Source: an uncultured Chloroflexia bacterium
Lineage (GTDB): Bacteria > Chloroflexota > Anaerolineae > CG2-30-64-16
Assembly: GCA_963810095.1 (NCBI GenBank)
Contig: CAWEMM010000006.1
Location: 992,001 to 1,056,000 of the forward strand
Direction of reading: 5' to 3'
DNA: 64,000 nucleotides
A program made the translations under genes and the position numbers. A model generated the notes under the pieces. The model worked only from the letters and a program-made list of their open reading frames with translations, searched no databases and had not been told where the DNA came from. Of the stretch, positions 29,498 to 42,313 are shown piece by piece (positions within the stretch are counted from its first letter, which is position 1; every line of letters begins with the position of its first letter).

Positions 29498-30095
29498 TCA
29501 CCTGTACAGGCGCTTTTCTGCGATGTACGCCGACGACGGGGTCAGGAACCATGTATCTGATACTGCGCCCGGTGCGAACCCGCTCGCGCAAGTCGCGGGA
29601 GGCAATCTCCAGTTCGGGCATATCCAGCAGCCTGACCCGCTCGCGGACGCCCGGCAGCTGTGCCTCCAGCGCGTCCCACTCGATGGGCACGTCGGGCCGG
29701 GTTAGCGCGACGAGTTGTGCGGTACGAATAAGCTGCGCCGGCTCCCGCCACTTCGGTAGGTCGGCCAGGCTGTCAAAGCCCATCAGGAAGAAAAGCTCGC
29801 TGCCCGGCGGAAGCTGCGCGGCGACGATCTTCACCAGGTCGATGGTGTAGTGGGGACCGGGCCGATCGACGTCGCCCCGGGAAAGCTCGAAATGAGGATT
29901 GCCGCAGATCGCCAGCTCGGTCATCTGCACGCGGTCGGCTGTATTCGTCACGTCCTGGCCCGCCTTCAGCGGCTGCTGCCCGGCCGGGGCAAAAAGCACC
30001 TTGTCGAGCTGCAGCTGGTCGCGGGCTTCTTCGGCGAGGATCAAGTGTCCGATGTGAGGCGGGTCGAAGCTGCCCCCTAACAGGCCAACGCGCAC
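29498..30095 (-). CDS. nadD: Nicotinate-nucleotide adenylyltransferase (frameshift at ~29532)
   Basis: GGSFDPPHIGH, YTIDL, FLMGFDS, W, IASRDLRER; removing one G restores the C-terminus VPDPVVAYIAEKRLYR*. Confidence 0.9.
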
Positions 30096-30103
30096 GGCGG
30101 CCC

Positions 30104-31372
30104 CTAGTCCGCCCATTCCAGTTCCTTGTCGCCGATGCGGACGGTGTCGCCCACCTCGATGCCGCGTTGAAGCAGCGCGTCCGTGATGCCCAACGCCTTC
30201 AGGATGCGCTGGAACCGCATCACCGCGTCGTAGTATTCCCACCGCGTCATCTTCACGATGCGCTCGATGCGCCTGCCGTGCACCCGGTATGCACCGTCCG
30301 GGTCGCGCTCGATGGAAAAACTCATATCCTCTTCGCGCGTCGGCGGGATCAGCGGCTGCACGTCCTCGAAGCGCGGCGCGGGCGGCAGTTCGGCAAGCAG
30401 ATCGGCCACCCGGCGCAGCAGCGTTTGCACGCCTTCCCCCGAGACCGCCGAGATCGCTAATGGCTCGGGCACGCCGCGCTTCCTGAGCCCCGCCGCGAGC
30501 TCGGGCCAGCGGTCGTGCACCTCGGTGAGGTCCATCTTGTTGACGACGACCACCTGCGGCTTTTCTGCCAGCATCGGGTTGAACTGCTCCAGTTCCTGGT
30601 TAATCACGGCATAGTCGCCCAACGGATCGGGGCTCATGCCGTCGAGCAGGTGAACCACCAGGCGGGTGCGCTCGATGTGACGCAGGAATTTGATGCCCAG
30701 GCCGGCCCCCTCGTGCGCGCCCTCGATCAGGCCCGGGATGTCGGCCCAAACCATGTCCCGGTTATCGATCAAGACCACGCCCAGGTTCGGTTCGAGGGTG
30801 GTGAAAGGGTAGTCGGCAATCTTCGGCCGCGCCGCGCTGGTCCGGCTGAGCAGGGTAGACTTGCCGGCGTTCGGAATACCCACGATGCCAACATCGGCCA
30901 GCAGCTTGAGCTCCAGGCGCAAGGCGCGCTCTTCACCGGGTTCGCCGTTCTCGGCAATACGCGGGGCTTGAATGGTGGGCGAGCGGAAGCGCCAGTTGCC
31001 GCGCCCGCCGCGCCCGCCCTGGGCCACCAGGGCTCGCTGGCCCGGCTCGGTCAGGTCTGCGATCAGCAAGCCGCTTTCGACCTCGTATGCGACCGTGCCG
31101 ATCGGGACCTTGATGACCAGGTCCGTTCCACTTACGCCCGTCTGGTTCTTGCTGCTGCCATGTCCGCCGTTATCTGCGGCGAAGTGCATCTTGTAGGTGA
31201 ACTCGATCAACGTATTGGCCTGGGAGTCCGCTTCCAGGTAGACGTCACCCCCACGCCCTCCGTTGCCGCCGCTCGGGCCGCCCCGCGGCACGTGCGCCTC
31301 GCGCCTGAATGCGACCGCGCCATTGCCGCCGTCGCCCGCTCTCACATTGATTCGCGCTTCATCTATAAACAT
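30104..31372 (-). CDS. obgE: GTPase ObgE
   Basis: MFIDEA, GGPSGGNGGRGG, GIPNAGKST, YPFTT, DIPGLIEGA, NKMD, C-terminal DUF1967 domain. Confidence 0.96.
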   Translation of the reverse strand: MFIDEARINVRAGDGGNGAVAFRREAHVPRGGPSGGNGGRGGDVYLEADSQANTLIEFTYKMHFAADNGGHGSSKNQTGVSGTDLVIKVPIGTVAYEVESGLLIADLTEPGQRALVAQGGRGGRGNWRFRSPTIQAPRIAENGEPGEERALRLELKLLADVGIVGIPNAGKSTLLSRTSAARPKIADYPFTTLEPNLGVVLIDNRDMVWADIPGLIEGAHEGAGLGIKFLRHIERTRLVVHLLDGMSPDPLGDYAVINQELEQFNPMLAEKPQVVVVNKMDLTEVHDRWPELAAGLRKRGVPEPLAISAVSGEGVQTLLRRVADLLAELPPAPRFEDVQPLIPPTREEDMSFSIERDPDGAYRVHGRRIERIVKMTRWEYYDAVMRFQRILKALGITDALLQRGIEVGDTVRIGDKELEWAD

Positions 31373-31566
31373 GGTGAGAGAATACACGTAAAGCAGACGG
31401 GCGTCAACAGATGGCCCGCTCCTCACTGCATACACTTTTCTAACGTTGATCCAACGCGCTTCTAACAGCTGTTTTTTATAGTACGATCAGAATCAAGTCC
31501 ACGGGCGAGGGCGCCGCCCTGGCCGTGGCACAGGCTGTACTGATACGCAGACAGGAGGTGGCTGGT

Positions 31567-32022
31567 ATGGCAAACATGGTGCGTTGGGATCCGGCTCGCG
31601 AAACGGTGAGCCTGCGGGAGGCGATGGACCGGCTGTTTGAGGAAAGCTTCCTCCGGCCCGGTTTTCTCGGCGGCAACGATTCGGCCGCAGGCTTGATGCC
31701 GCTCGACATGTACGAGACCGAGAATGACGTGGTCGTCAAGGCCGCAATCCCCGGCGTGAAGCCCGAGGACATCGAAGTGACGGTGACGGGCGACCTGCTG
31801 ACCATCAAGGGCGAGTTCAAGTCGGAGCGCGAGGAACGCGACGAGAAGCGCAACTATCACCGGCAGGAGCGCCGGTTCGGCAACTTCTCGCGCCAGGTGG
31901 CGCTGCCCACGAGCGTGAGCGCCGACGCCTGCCAGGCCGAATTCGAGAACGGCGTTCTGACTCTGAAACTGCCCAAGGCTGAAGAAGCCAAAGTCAAGAA
32001 GGTTCAGATCACGCGCAAGTAA
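31567..32022 (+). CDS. Hsp20/alpha-crystallin small heat-shock protein
   Basis: WDP.RE.VSLREAMDRLFE, PGVKPEDIEV, FENGVLTL.LPK, V.I motif; AGGAGG RBS. Confidence 0.93.
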   Translation: MANMVRWDPARETVSLREAMDRLFEESFLRPGFLGGNDSAAGLMPLDMYETENDVVVKAAIPGVKPEDIEVTVTGDLLTIKGEFKSEREERDEKRNYHRQERRFGNFSRQVALPTSVSADACQAEFENGVLTLKLPKAEEAKVKKVQITRK

Positions 32023-32052
32023 CTGGCAGATCAGTAACGGAGGAATCAAACC

Positions 32053-32517
32053 ATGGCACAGCAGATGACTCAATGGGATCCATTCCGCGAAGCGGTGTCG
32101 CTGCGCGAGGCGATGGACCGGCTTTTCGAAGACAGCTTCACGCCGGCCCGCCGCCAGAATAACGGCAGCGAGCGAGTGTTCCGCCTGCCGCTGGATGCGT
32201 ACGTGACGGCAGACGAGATCATCGTCCTGGCTAACATGCCGGGGGTGAAGCCAGAAGAGGTTGAGATCACCATCGAAGGCGATACGCTGACGATCCGTGG
32301 CGAGCGGCCCCGCCCGCTCGAGAACGTCGACTACGTGATGCAGGAGCGGCCGTTCGGCAAGTTCCAACGGACGCTGAACATCAACATCCCGGTCGACGCG
32401 AACCGGGCCGAGGCCCGTTACGATAACGGGCTGCTGACGCTGGTCATTCCCAAGGCAGAGGCTGCCAAGCCGCGGGTCATTCAGGTGGCCACCAAGCAGT
32501 CGCAGCCCCAGGGCTAG
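32053..32517 (+). CDS. Hsp20/alpha-crystallin small heat-shock protein (tandem paralogue)
   Basis: Same N-terminal motif, YDNGLLTL.IPK, IQV. Confidence 0.93.
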   Translation: MAQQMTQWDPFREAVSLREAMDRLFEDSFTPARRQNNGSERVFRLPLDAYVTADEIIVLANMPGVKPEEVEITIEGDTLTIRGERPRPLENVDYVMQERPFGKFQRTLNINIPVDANRAEARYDNGLLTLVIPKAEAAKPRVIQVATKQSQPQG

Positions 32518-32559
32518 GCGCGAATCAAGGTTGAGGGATTGCAGGATTGGCGGATTGCA

Positions 32560-32594
32560 GGGCGGGAGCATCTTCGAGGTGCTCCCGCCCTTTT
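32560..32594 (+). terminator. Intrinsic terminator after the hsp20 pair
   Basis: GGGCGGGAGCA-loop-TGCTCCCGCCC-TTTT. Confidence 0.75.
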
Positions 32595-32613
32595 CGCGTG
32601 TGTATCAGGCGAG

Positions 32614-33063
32614 CTAAACCGGCGCCCCCTGCAGCGCTGCGATCTTCGCGGCGATCTCTGCCGGCACCGGCTGGCTGGTCGCGGTGCCGTAGTCGTACCA
32701 CACCTGCGTGCTGCAGCCCTCGGCCAGGAGCCGCCTGGTCCGCTCGTCCTTCATCCGGTACTGGAACACGAAGCTCTTGCGCCCCACCTGCGACACCCAC
32801 ACCTCGATCACCGGCCGGTCTTCCAGCGTCACGGGCGAGCGGTACTGGCACTGCACCTCTGCCAGGATGAACTGGAAGTCCACCGGCAGCAGCGTTTGCG
32901 AGTCGATCGCCGCATCCGGCCCCATCAACTCGCGGATATACGCCAGGCGGGCATACTCGAAGAAGGTGATGAATACGGCATTGTTCACGTGCCCCAGCGC
33001 GTCGAGATCGCGCCAGCGGATCTGGATGGGGACACGCACAGGAGTTGGAACGGGATCAGGCAT
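32614..33063 (-). CDS. 4HBT-family acyl-CoA thioesterase
   Basis: IRWRDLDALGHVNNAVF..FEYAR hotdog-fold motif. Confidence 0.9.
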   Translation of the reverse strand: MPDPVPTPVRVPIQIRWRDLDALGHVNNAVFITFFEYARLAYIRELMGPDAAIDSQTLLPVDFQFILAEVQCQYRSPVTLEDRPVIEVWVSQVGRKSFVFQYRMKDERTRRLLAEGCSTQVWYDYGTATSQPVPAEIAAKIAALQGAPV

Positions 33064-33280
33064 GCGAACGTCTCCGCATATAGGTGAAAGGAGAACTTTC
33101 CGCTAATCACGGCGTTCTTAGCACATCTCGTGCCACAGAGCACAAGCCAGCACACTATCGCACGTTCCCCAGCCACTGTCAAAAGAGCCATCCGCGGGTG
33201 CCCGTACACGGGCCCCTGTCTGCGCCGACCTTTTGGCAGTTCATCCCCGGGCGTGGTAAAATGAGGCAGAAGGAGTCTTC

Positions 33281-34021
33281 ATGGATTTACGCGCGTACCT
33301 CAGCATCCTTAAGCGCCGCGGTTGGATCATCCTCGTCACAGCCCTGCTTGCCATGGTTCTCGCCGGCGCCTTGAGCATCGTCCAGACGAAGACCTATCGA
33401 GCGAGTGCGCGCATCAGCGCGGTGCCCGCGCGGCCAGACTGGGGCTTGGGTTCCAGTGCGAAAGACCTCCTCCGCAGCTTCGTCCTGAACATTAATACGC
33501 ACGACATGGCGAATCAGGTCATCTCGGCCGCCAACCTCGACATGAGCTCCTACGACCTGCTGGCCAAGCTGACCGTCAGCGCCGAGCCGGAAAACTTCGC
33601 GATCCGCATCGACGCGGTGGACGAGGACCCCCAGGTGGCGGCCAAAATCGTGCTGACGATGGCCGAGTTGTATGTCAACCAACGCACGTCCTACTACAAT
33701 ACCCTCGACAAGGATAACCGCATCGAGGTTAAGCTGGTCGACACGGTGATCGACGCGCCGCTCTACCGGCCGAACATCAAGATGAACCTGGTTGCCGGCG
33801 CGGCCCTCGGCGCCCTCATCGGCGCCCTGATCGTGCTCCTGCTCGAGTGGATGGCGGCAGACGTGCTCGCGACCCCCGAACACGTGCAGCGGGTCACCGG
33901 CCTGCCCATCCTCGGTGCGATCCCGATCCAGCGCAAGCATTCAGCGGGAGCAGACGCCCGCACCTCGGCCGCGCCCGCCGCGCGTACCAAAGACGTCGCG
34001 CGTACGAAGGAAAGTGTATGA
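33281..34021 (+). CDS. Wzz/CpsC-like polysaccharide chain-length determinant
   Basis: MDLRAYLSILKRRGW, two TM helices, C-terminal GLPILGAIP. Confidence 0.85.
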   Translation: MDLRAYLSILKRRGWIILVTALLAMVLAGALSIVQTKTYRASARISAVPARPDWGLGSSAKDLLRSFVLNINTHDMANQVISAANLDMSSYDLLAKLTVSAEPENFAIRIDAVDEDPQVAAKIVLTMAELYVNQRTSYYNTLDKDNRIEVKLVDTVIDAPLYRPNIKMNLVAGAALGALIGALIVLLLEWMAADVLATPEHVQRVTGLPILGAIPIQRKHSAGADARTSAAPAARTKDVARTKESV

Positions 34022-34677
34022 CGACCCTCAACCTGGCAACCCTGGCCGAACCGAACGCTCCGGTTGCGGAGGCATACCGCCGTCTGCGTGTCAACCTGGT
34101 ATCCGCCGGAAAAGAGCAGGCGCTCCGAACCGTGCTGGTCGCTGCCGCGGGTCCTTCGAAGGACAAGCCCCAGGTGGTGGCCAACCTGGCCGTCGCCTTT
34201 GCCAAAGTGGGCCAGCGTGTCATCATTGTGGATTGCGACCTGCGCCATCCCGGCCAGCATCTCATTTTTGGCATGAATGCCAATACGGGTGTGACGACGG
34301 CAGTGAAAGACGAAAAAGCTCCTCTGCCGTTGCAGGCCACCGAGGTGCCCGGCCTGCAGCTGCTCCCGGCCGGCCCGCGGATCGACGTGCCGTCTGACCT
34401 GTTGGCATCGCCGGCCATGGGGCGCCTGGTGCAGAGACTTGCAAGCGAGGCCGACATTGTGCTTTTCGATGTGCCGCCGGTGACCGTCGCGACGGACGCC
34501 GCGGAGTTAGCCACCCAGGTCGACGGCGTGCTTCTCACCGTAGCAGCCGGCGTGACCAAGCGGGACGAGGCGCAGCGGGCCAAGGAGCTGTTGACGCAGG
34601 TGGGCGCCCGGGTCGTTGGCGTCGCGCTGGTGAACGTGGCGGCGGAAGCGGCAGTGCGCGATTACCTGGCGGGGTAA
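34018..34677 (+). CDS. CpsD/CapB-like BY-kinase domain protein with a degenerate Walker A
   Basis: AEAYRRLRVNL, ANLAVAFA, IVDCDLRHP, FDVPP; the P-loop reads GPSKDKP. Confidence 0.8.
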   Translation: MTTLNLATLAEPNAPVAEAYRRLRVNLVSAGKEQALRTVLVAAAGPSKDKPQVVANLAVAFAKVGQRVIIVDCDLRHPGQHLIFGMNANTGVTTAVKDEKAPLPLQATEVPGLQLLPAGPRIDVPSDLLASPAMGRLVQRLASEADIVLFDVPPVTVATDAAELATQVDGVLLTVAAGVTKRDEAQRAKELLTQVGARVVGVALVNVAAEAAVRDYLAG

Positions 34678-34680
34678 CTG

Positions 34681-34750
34681 CCTCGCCCCTTGCGCGCCCC
34701 CTCTCCCGGTCGGTGGAGAGGAGCAGAGCCAGGGGGAGAGGTCCGAGGGC
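34681..34750. repeat. CCCTCTCCC/GGAGAGG-type palindromic intergenic element
   Basis: CCCCTCTCCCG..GGAGAGGAG..GGGGAGAGG. Confidence 0.4.
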
Positions 34751-34794
34751 GGGTTGATATCAACTCGCCCTTTGCTTTGGGAGAGGTGACGTCG

Positions 34795-35838
34795 ATGAAA
34801 AACATCATGGTGACCGGAGGCGCCGGGTTTATCGGTTCCAATTTTGTCCGCTACATGCTCGGGCAGCATGCGGATTACCGCGTCCTGGTCTATGACAAGA
34901 TGACCTACGCGGGCAACCCCGACAACCTGCTCGACGTGACCGCCCTCAATGGCACCGGCGACCCGCGTTACAGCTTTGTCAAAGGCGACATCTGCGATGC
35001 CGCCGCGGTCACAGATGCGATTGGCGCCTACAACATCGATACCATCGTCAACTTCGCGGCCGAGACTCATGTCGACCGCTCGATCATGGACCCCGACGCC
35101 TTCATCCAGACGGACGTTTACGGGACCTACGTGCTGCTCGAAGCCGCGCGCAAACTCAAGCTGGAGCGTTACCACCAGATTTCGACCGACGAAGTCTACG
35201 GGCATATCCACGGCGACCACCGGTCACTGGAGACCGACGCGGTCGCCCCGCGCAGCCCGTATGCCGCCAGCAAGACCAGCGGCGATCTGCTGGTGATTGC
35301 CTATTACGTCACCTACGGTTTGCCCGTCACGCTGACCCGGGGCGCGAACAATATCGGGCCCTACCAGTACCCCGAGAAGGTCATCCCCCTGTTTGTAACG
35401 AACGCCATTGACAACCTGCCGCTCCCTGTATACGGTGACGGGAAGCAGCGCCGCGATTACCAGTATGTGATGGACCACTGCGAAGGCATCGACGTGGTGC
35501 TCCACAAGGGACAATTGGGCGAAATCTACAACGTGGGCACGGGCGGCGAGATGGAAAACCTCCGCATGGTGGAGATCCTGCTCGATGAGCTGGGCAAACC
35601 GGCGTCGCTCATTCAGCATGTCGAGGATCGCCCCGGTCACGACCGGCGTTACTGCCTCAACGTGGACAAGCTCAAGACGTTGGGCTGGGAGCCCCGTCAC
35701 ACCCACGAAGAAGCCATCCGCAAAACCGTGCGCTGGTACGTGGACAACGAGTGGTGGTGGCGCAAGATCAAGTCCGGAGAGTTCAAGGAGTACTACCGGC
35801 GGCTGTACGGCGACCGGAAGGTCATTAATCCGGCGTAG
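34795..35838 (+). CDS. rfbB: dTDP-glucose 4,6-dehydratase
   Basis: VTGGAGFIGSNF, AAETHVDRSI, STDEVYG, YAASK, DRPGHDRRY. Confidence 0.95.
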   Translation: MKNIMVTGGAGFIGSNFVRYMLGQHADYRVLVYDKMTYAGNPDNLLDVTALNGTGDPRYSFVKGDICDAAAVTDAIGAYNIDTIVNFAAETHVDRSIMDPDAFIQTDVYGTYVLLEAARKLKLERYHQISTDEVYGHIHGDHRSLETDAVAPRSPYAASKTSGDLLVIAYYVTYGLPVTLTRGANNIGPYQYPEKVIPLFVTNAIDNLPLPVYGDGKQRRDYQYVMDHCEGIDVVLHKGQLGEIYNVGTGGEMENLRMVEILLDELGKPASLIQHVEDRPGHDRRYCLNVDKLKTLGWEPRHTHEEAIRKTVRWYVDNEWWWRKIKSGEFKEYYRRLYGDRKVINPA

Positions 35839-35863
35839 GCCAGGGCGGGTCAGGAGGGCGAGC

Positions 35864-36844
35864 ATGTCATTCAAGATGTACGGCGACCTGATGGTGTTCA
35901 GTGGCACGGCCAACCTGAACCTGGCGCGCGAAATCGGTGCGCGGCTGGGCGTCACGCTGGGCGGACGCGAGATAAAGCAGTTTCCGAACAGCAACACGTT
36001 CGTTAAGCTGGAACAAAGCGTGCGGGCCAAAGACGTTTTCGTGATTCAACCCACGTCCGCGCCGGTCAACGACAACCTGATGGAACTGCTCATCTTCATC
36101 GACACCCTGCGCCGCGATTCCGCCGGCCGCATTACCGCGGTCATTCCCTATTACGGCTACGGCAGGACCGACAAGAAGGACCAGCCGCGGGTGCCCATCA
36201 GCGCACGCCTGGTGGCCGATCTGATCGCCACCGCCGGTGCGGACCGCGTGGTCTCGGTCGACCTGCACGCCAAGCAGCTCCAGGGTTTTTTCTCGATCCC
36301 GATCGACGAACTGCCCGCGCTGGGTCTGTTCATCGACCATTTCAAGAAGCATCCCGTGCCCAATGCGGTGGTCGTCTCGCCCGACATCGGCGCGTTGGCC
36401 CGGGCGCGGAACTTCGCCGAGAAAACGGATCTACCGCTCGCCGTCATCGAGAAACGCCGTATCCTCAGCGGGGAGTACACGGAGATCTGGAACCTCATCG
36501 GCGACGTGGACAATAAGAACGTGATCATCGTCGACGATGAGATCGACACGGCAGGCACCCTCGTCAGGGCGGTCAATTTCATCAAGGATCAGGGCGCACT
36601 GGATGTGTGGGCATGCGCGACACACGCCGTTTTCTCCGGCCCGGCCGTCGAGAACATCCGCAACAGCGGGCTGTGCAAAGTGGTCGTCACCGACACAGTC
36701 GCGCTTTCGCCAGATAAGTGCCGGCGCTTGGCTGGGCAGGTCGAAGTGATCCCCGTCGCGCCGTTGATCGCTGATGTCATCTCGCGCATCCACGACGGGC
36801 GCTCGGTCGGCGAGTTGTTCGAAAGCGTAGAAAGACGGACTTAG
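35864..36844 (+). CDS. prs: Ribose-phosphate pyrophosphokinase
   Basis: [42 protein letters not shown]. Confidence 0.95.
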   Translation: MSFKMYGDLMVFSGTANLNLAREIGARLGVTLGGREIKQFPNSNTFVKLEQSVRAKDVFVIQPTSAPVNDNLMELLIFIDTLRRDSAGRITAVIPYYGYGRTDKKDQPRVPISARLVADLIATAGADRVVSVDLHAKQLQGFFSIPIDELPALGLFIDHFKKHPVPNAVVVSPDIGALARARNFAEKTDLPLAVIEKRRILSGEYTEIWNLIGDVDNKNVIIVDDEIDTAGTLVRAVNFIKDQGALDVWACATHAVFSGPAVENIRNSGLCKVVVTDTVALSPDKCRRLAGQVEVIPVAPLIADVISRIHDGRSVGELFESVERRT

Positions 36845-36845
36845 T

Positions 36846-39849
<3,004 letters not shown>

Positions 39850-39864
39850 CAAGAGTTTGGGTTA

Positions 39865-39940
39865 CACCACAAAGACACGAAGACTCAACGGTTGGCAGAG
39901 GACGCTTTTGTGATCTTTGTGTCTTCGTGTCTTTGTGGTG
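39865..39940. repeat. Inverted repeat of 9-nt units (CACAAAGAC family), copy 1
   Basis: 20-bp perfect arms CACCACAAAGACACGAAGAC / GTCTTCGTGTCTTTGTGGTG. Confidence 0.75.
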
Positions 39941-39978
39941 ACGACCGCAATCACGTCATTCACACAGGGTAGGGAGCC

Positions 39979-41355
39979 ATGCCGCCAAAACCGCGCGAAT
40001 GGATTTATCTGCCACGCCAGGCCGACCTGAGGCGTATCTTCGACGCGGCCTGCGGTATGGACTGTCTCTCGGTGGTCGGTGTCAGCAATTTGGGCAAGTC
40101 GGCAACGCTGCGGGCGCTTTGCGATCCGGGCGTGCAGGCGGAATACCTCGATGGAGACGCGCGTGACTACCTGTTCGTCTACATCGACTTCAACCAGATG
40201 CTGGAGATGAGCGACCAGGCCTTTTACGAGCTGGTGCTGCGCGCGTCGATCGAGTCGATCCGGGCGCAGAACATCAACGGCGAGGTGCTCCAGCAAGTCG
40301 AACGGGCCTACTACGGGCTGGTCGCGCCGACCAGCCCGTTCGAGGTACCGCTCAAGTTCAGCCAGGGCATGGCGGCCATCGGCGACCAGTTGGTGCAGAA
40401 AGTAGTGTTCCTGTTTGACGAGGTCGACGGCCCGGTTGCGGGCATCGACGGCCGGGTGTTCCTCAACCTGCGCGCCTTGCACGACCGCCACCCCACCGGG
40501 CTGACCTACGTCACCGCTACCAACCGCCGGCTCGAGCAGATCCGCCAGGACCCTGATGTTGCCGAGTTCGCAGAGCTATTCGAACAAGACACGCTATACC
40601 TCTCCATGCTGAACGAGGTCGAAATCAGGCAGCTCGCGACACGGTATGCGCAGGAAGAAGGCGTGACCTTCAGCGAAGAGGACCTTAAGTTTATCCGGGT
40701 GTGGACCGGGGGACACCCGGCGCTCCTCGAAATGACGTGCCGCATCCTCGGCCTGCTGACCGGCAGGCCGGTGCGCGAACCTTCGCAGGATTCGATCATT
40801 CACCGCCGCGCAACCGAGATGCTCGCCCAGGACCTGAACGTGTTGGGCGAGTGCCGCAAGATCTGGAACGATCTTTCCGAAGGCGAACAAGAAGCCCTGC
40901 TGGCAGTTGCCGCGAGCAGCGAAGGTGTGCGGGGAACCGGCTTCGACAGCGTGCTAGCCAAGCACCTGGTGGTGATGAACGGCGTCGACGCCACGATCTT
41001 CTCGCGCTGTTTCGCCGAGTTCGTCGGCCGGCAGAACGTGTCTCGCCGCACCACCAGCCAGGCCTTGCGGGTCGATCCAGACAGCGGCGAGGTATGGGTG
41101 AGCGGCGTCAAGCTGCCGACGCTCACCAACCTGGAGTACCGCCTGCTGCTGCTGCTATACGGCAAGATCGGCAAGATCGTGGACAAGTACCAGGTGGTCG
41201 AAGCCGTGTGGGGTGAGGACTACATCGACGACGTCGACGACGCCCGCATCGAGAAACTCATCAGCCGGCTCCGGCAAAAGATCGAGAAGGACCCGGCCAA
41301 CCCGAAGTATCTTTTCACCGTGCGCGGGCGGGGGTATAAGCTCGCCGAAGGCTAG
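39979..41355 (+). CDS. STAND-type NTPase with a C-terminal OmpR-like winged-helix DNA-binding domain
   Basis: Walker A GVSNLGKS, Walker B VVFLFDE, TGGHP (GxP); C-terminal LTNLEYRLL..AVWG..ISRLRQKIE.DP.NP....TVRGRGY. Confidence 0.85.
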   Translation: MPPKPREWIYLPRQADLRRIFDAACGMDCLSVVGVSNLGKSATLRALCDPGVQAEYLDGDARDYLFVYIDFNQMLEMSDQAFYELVLRASIESIRAQNINGEVLQQVERAYYGLVAPTSPFEVPLKFSQGMAAIGDQLVQKVVFLFDEVDGPVAGIDGRVFLNLRALHDRHPTGLTYVTATNRRLEQIRQDPDVAEFAELFEQDTLYLSMLNEVEIRQLATRYAQEEGVTFSEEDLKFIRVWTGGHPALLEMTCRILGLLTGRPVREPSQDSIIHRRATEMLAQDLNVLGECRKIWNDLSEGEQEALLAVAASSEGVRGTGFDSVLAKHLVVMNGVDATIFSRCFAEFVGRQNVSRRTTSQALRVDPDSGEVWVSGVKLPTLTNLEYRLLLLLYGKIGKIVDKYQVVEAVWGEDYIDDVDDARIEKLISRLRQKIEKDPANPKYLFTVRGRGYKLAEG

Positions 41356-41393
41356 TTGCCTTGCCACAAAGCAGGGCTTAAGATGGTACAATG

Positions 41394-41440
41394 CGCCGGC
41401 AGGCCGCGAAAGGGTCGCGAAACCTGCCGGCGTTTGTTTT
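41394..41440 (+). terminator. Hairpin with U-tract between the regulator and pspA
   Basis: CGCCGGCAGG...CCTGCCGGCG-TTTGTTTT, immediately after TGnTACAAT at 41384-41392. Confidence 0.55.
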
Positions 41441-41566
41441 CGTACTAGACGCTGATAGATCGCTTGTCAGTTTTCTGTCCGCCGCCGGTCAAGCGCGGGC
41501 AGGCGAACCGGCTTATCATCCCAACCATAGGCTCTAGAGTCCATTTCGATCCCAGGAGGCGTACGC

Positions 41567-42256
41567 ATGGCAACCCTTCTCGACAAGGTACAAACTCTGA
41601 TTTCGGCCAACCTGCATTACCTGGTTGACCAGTCACTTAAGCAAAACTCGATCGCGGTCATCAATCAATATATCCGCGAAGTCGAGAACAACCTGGACGA
41701 CCTGACCGAGGCCACGGCAACCGTGGGCGGCAACGTCAAGACCGTGCGTCGCAAGTACGAGGAACTCCAGGCTAAGTCGGCCGAGCTCGACCGCAATATC
41801 GACCTGTTCCTCCGCGAAGGCCGCGAGGACCTGGCGCGGGCCGCGCAGAGCAAGTACAACTCGACGCAGCGCCTGACTGAGACCTACGCGCAGCAGCTCG
41901 AACAGATGCAGCGCGAGTACCAGAATCTCATCGACGCCCGCCTCAAGCTCGAAGCCAAGCTGACCACCATCAAGCAGGAGCGCGAGGAGCTCGAAGCCCT
42001 GCTCGAGCTGGCGAAGTCGAAGGAAATCACCGCCAAGACGATCAAGTCGCTCGACGACCTGTCGGGCGTGGGCGACGCCGACGTGGCCCGCATTGCAGAC
42101 TCCATCCGCCAGCGCCTGGACCGGGCCTCGGCCGAGAGCGAGATGCGCGCGGCCAGCCTGGATAAGCAGATGGACGACGTGCTCGACAAGGGCGAACTCG
42201 ACGGCCAGTTGGCATCCCGCAAGGCGCGCCTCGGGCTCCAACAGAAGGCCGGCTAA
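41567..42256 (+). CDS. pspA: PspA/IM30 (ESCRT-III superfamily) protein 1
   Basis: N-terminal amphipathic helix LLDKVQTLISANL..LVD, QYIRE.E, GREDLARAA, long coiled coil, C-terminal L..RKARLG. Confidence 0.88.
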   Translation: MATLLDKVQTLISANLHYLVDQSLKQNSIAVINQYIREVENNLDDLTEATATVGGNVKTVRRKYEELQAKSAELDRNIDLFLREGREDLARAAQSKYNSTQRLTETYAQQLEQMQREYQNLIDARLKLEAKLTTIKQEREELEALLELAKSKEITAKTIKSLDDLSGVGDADVARIADSIRQRLDRASAESEMRAASLDKQMDDVLDKGELDGQLASRKARLGLQQKAG

Positions 42257-42268
42257 GGAGCGCGCAGA

Positions 42269-42300
42269 CAAACCAGTTTTCTCCGATGAAACCTGGTTTG
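42269..42300. repeat. REP-like palindrome (AAACCTGGTTT type)
   Basis: CAAACCAG..CTGGTTTG; related to 2838..2872. Confidence 0.45.
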
Positions 42301-42313
42301 TGAAGGAGCAGCT

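Noticed and set aside
31380-31560. CIRCE or HAIR operator upstream of the hsp20 pair
   Set aside because: Neither TTAGCACTC-N9-GAGTGCTAA nor CTTGAGT-N7-ACTCAAG is present.
32530-32560. 8-nt tandem repeat GGATTGCA/GGATTGGC after hsp20
   Set aside because: There are only about three imperfect units and no inverted partner, which is too little to call a feature. It may be a repeat remnant.
41394-41440. c-di-GMP-I (GEMM) riboswitch upstream of pspA
   Set aside because: Only a GAAA loop and CGCGAAA resemble P1. There is no P2 or tetraloop receptor, and it folds better as a simple terminator.
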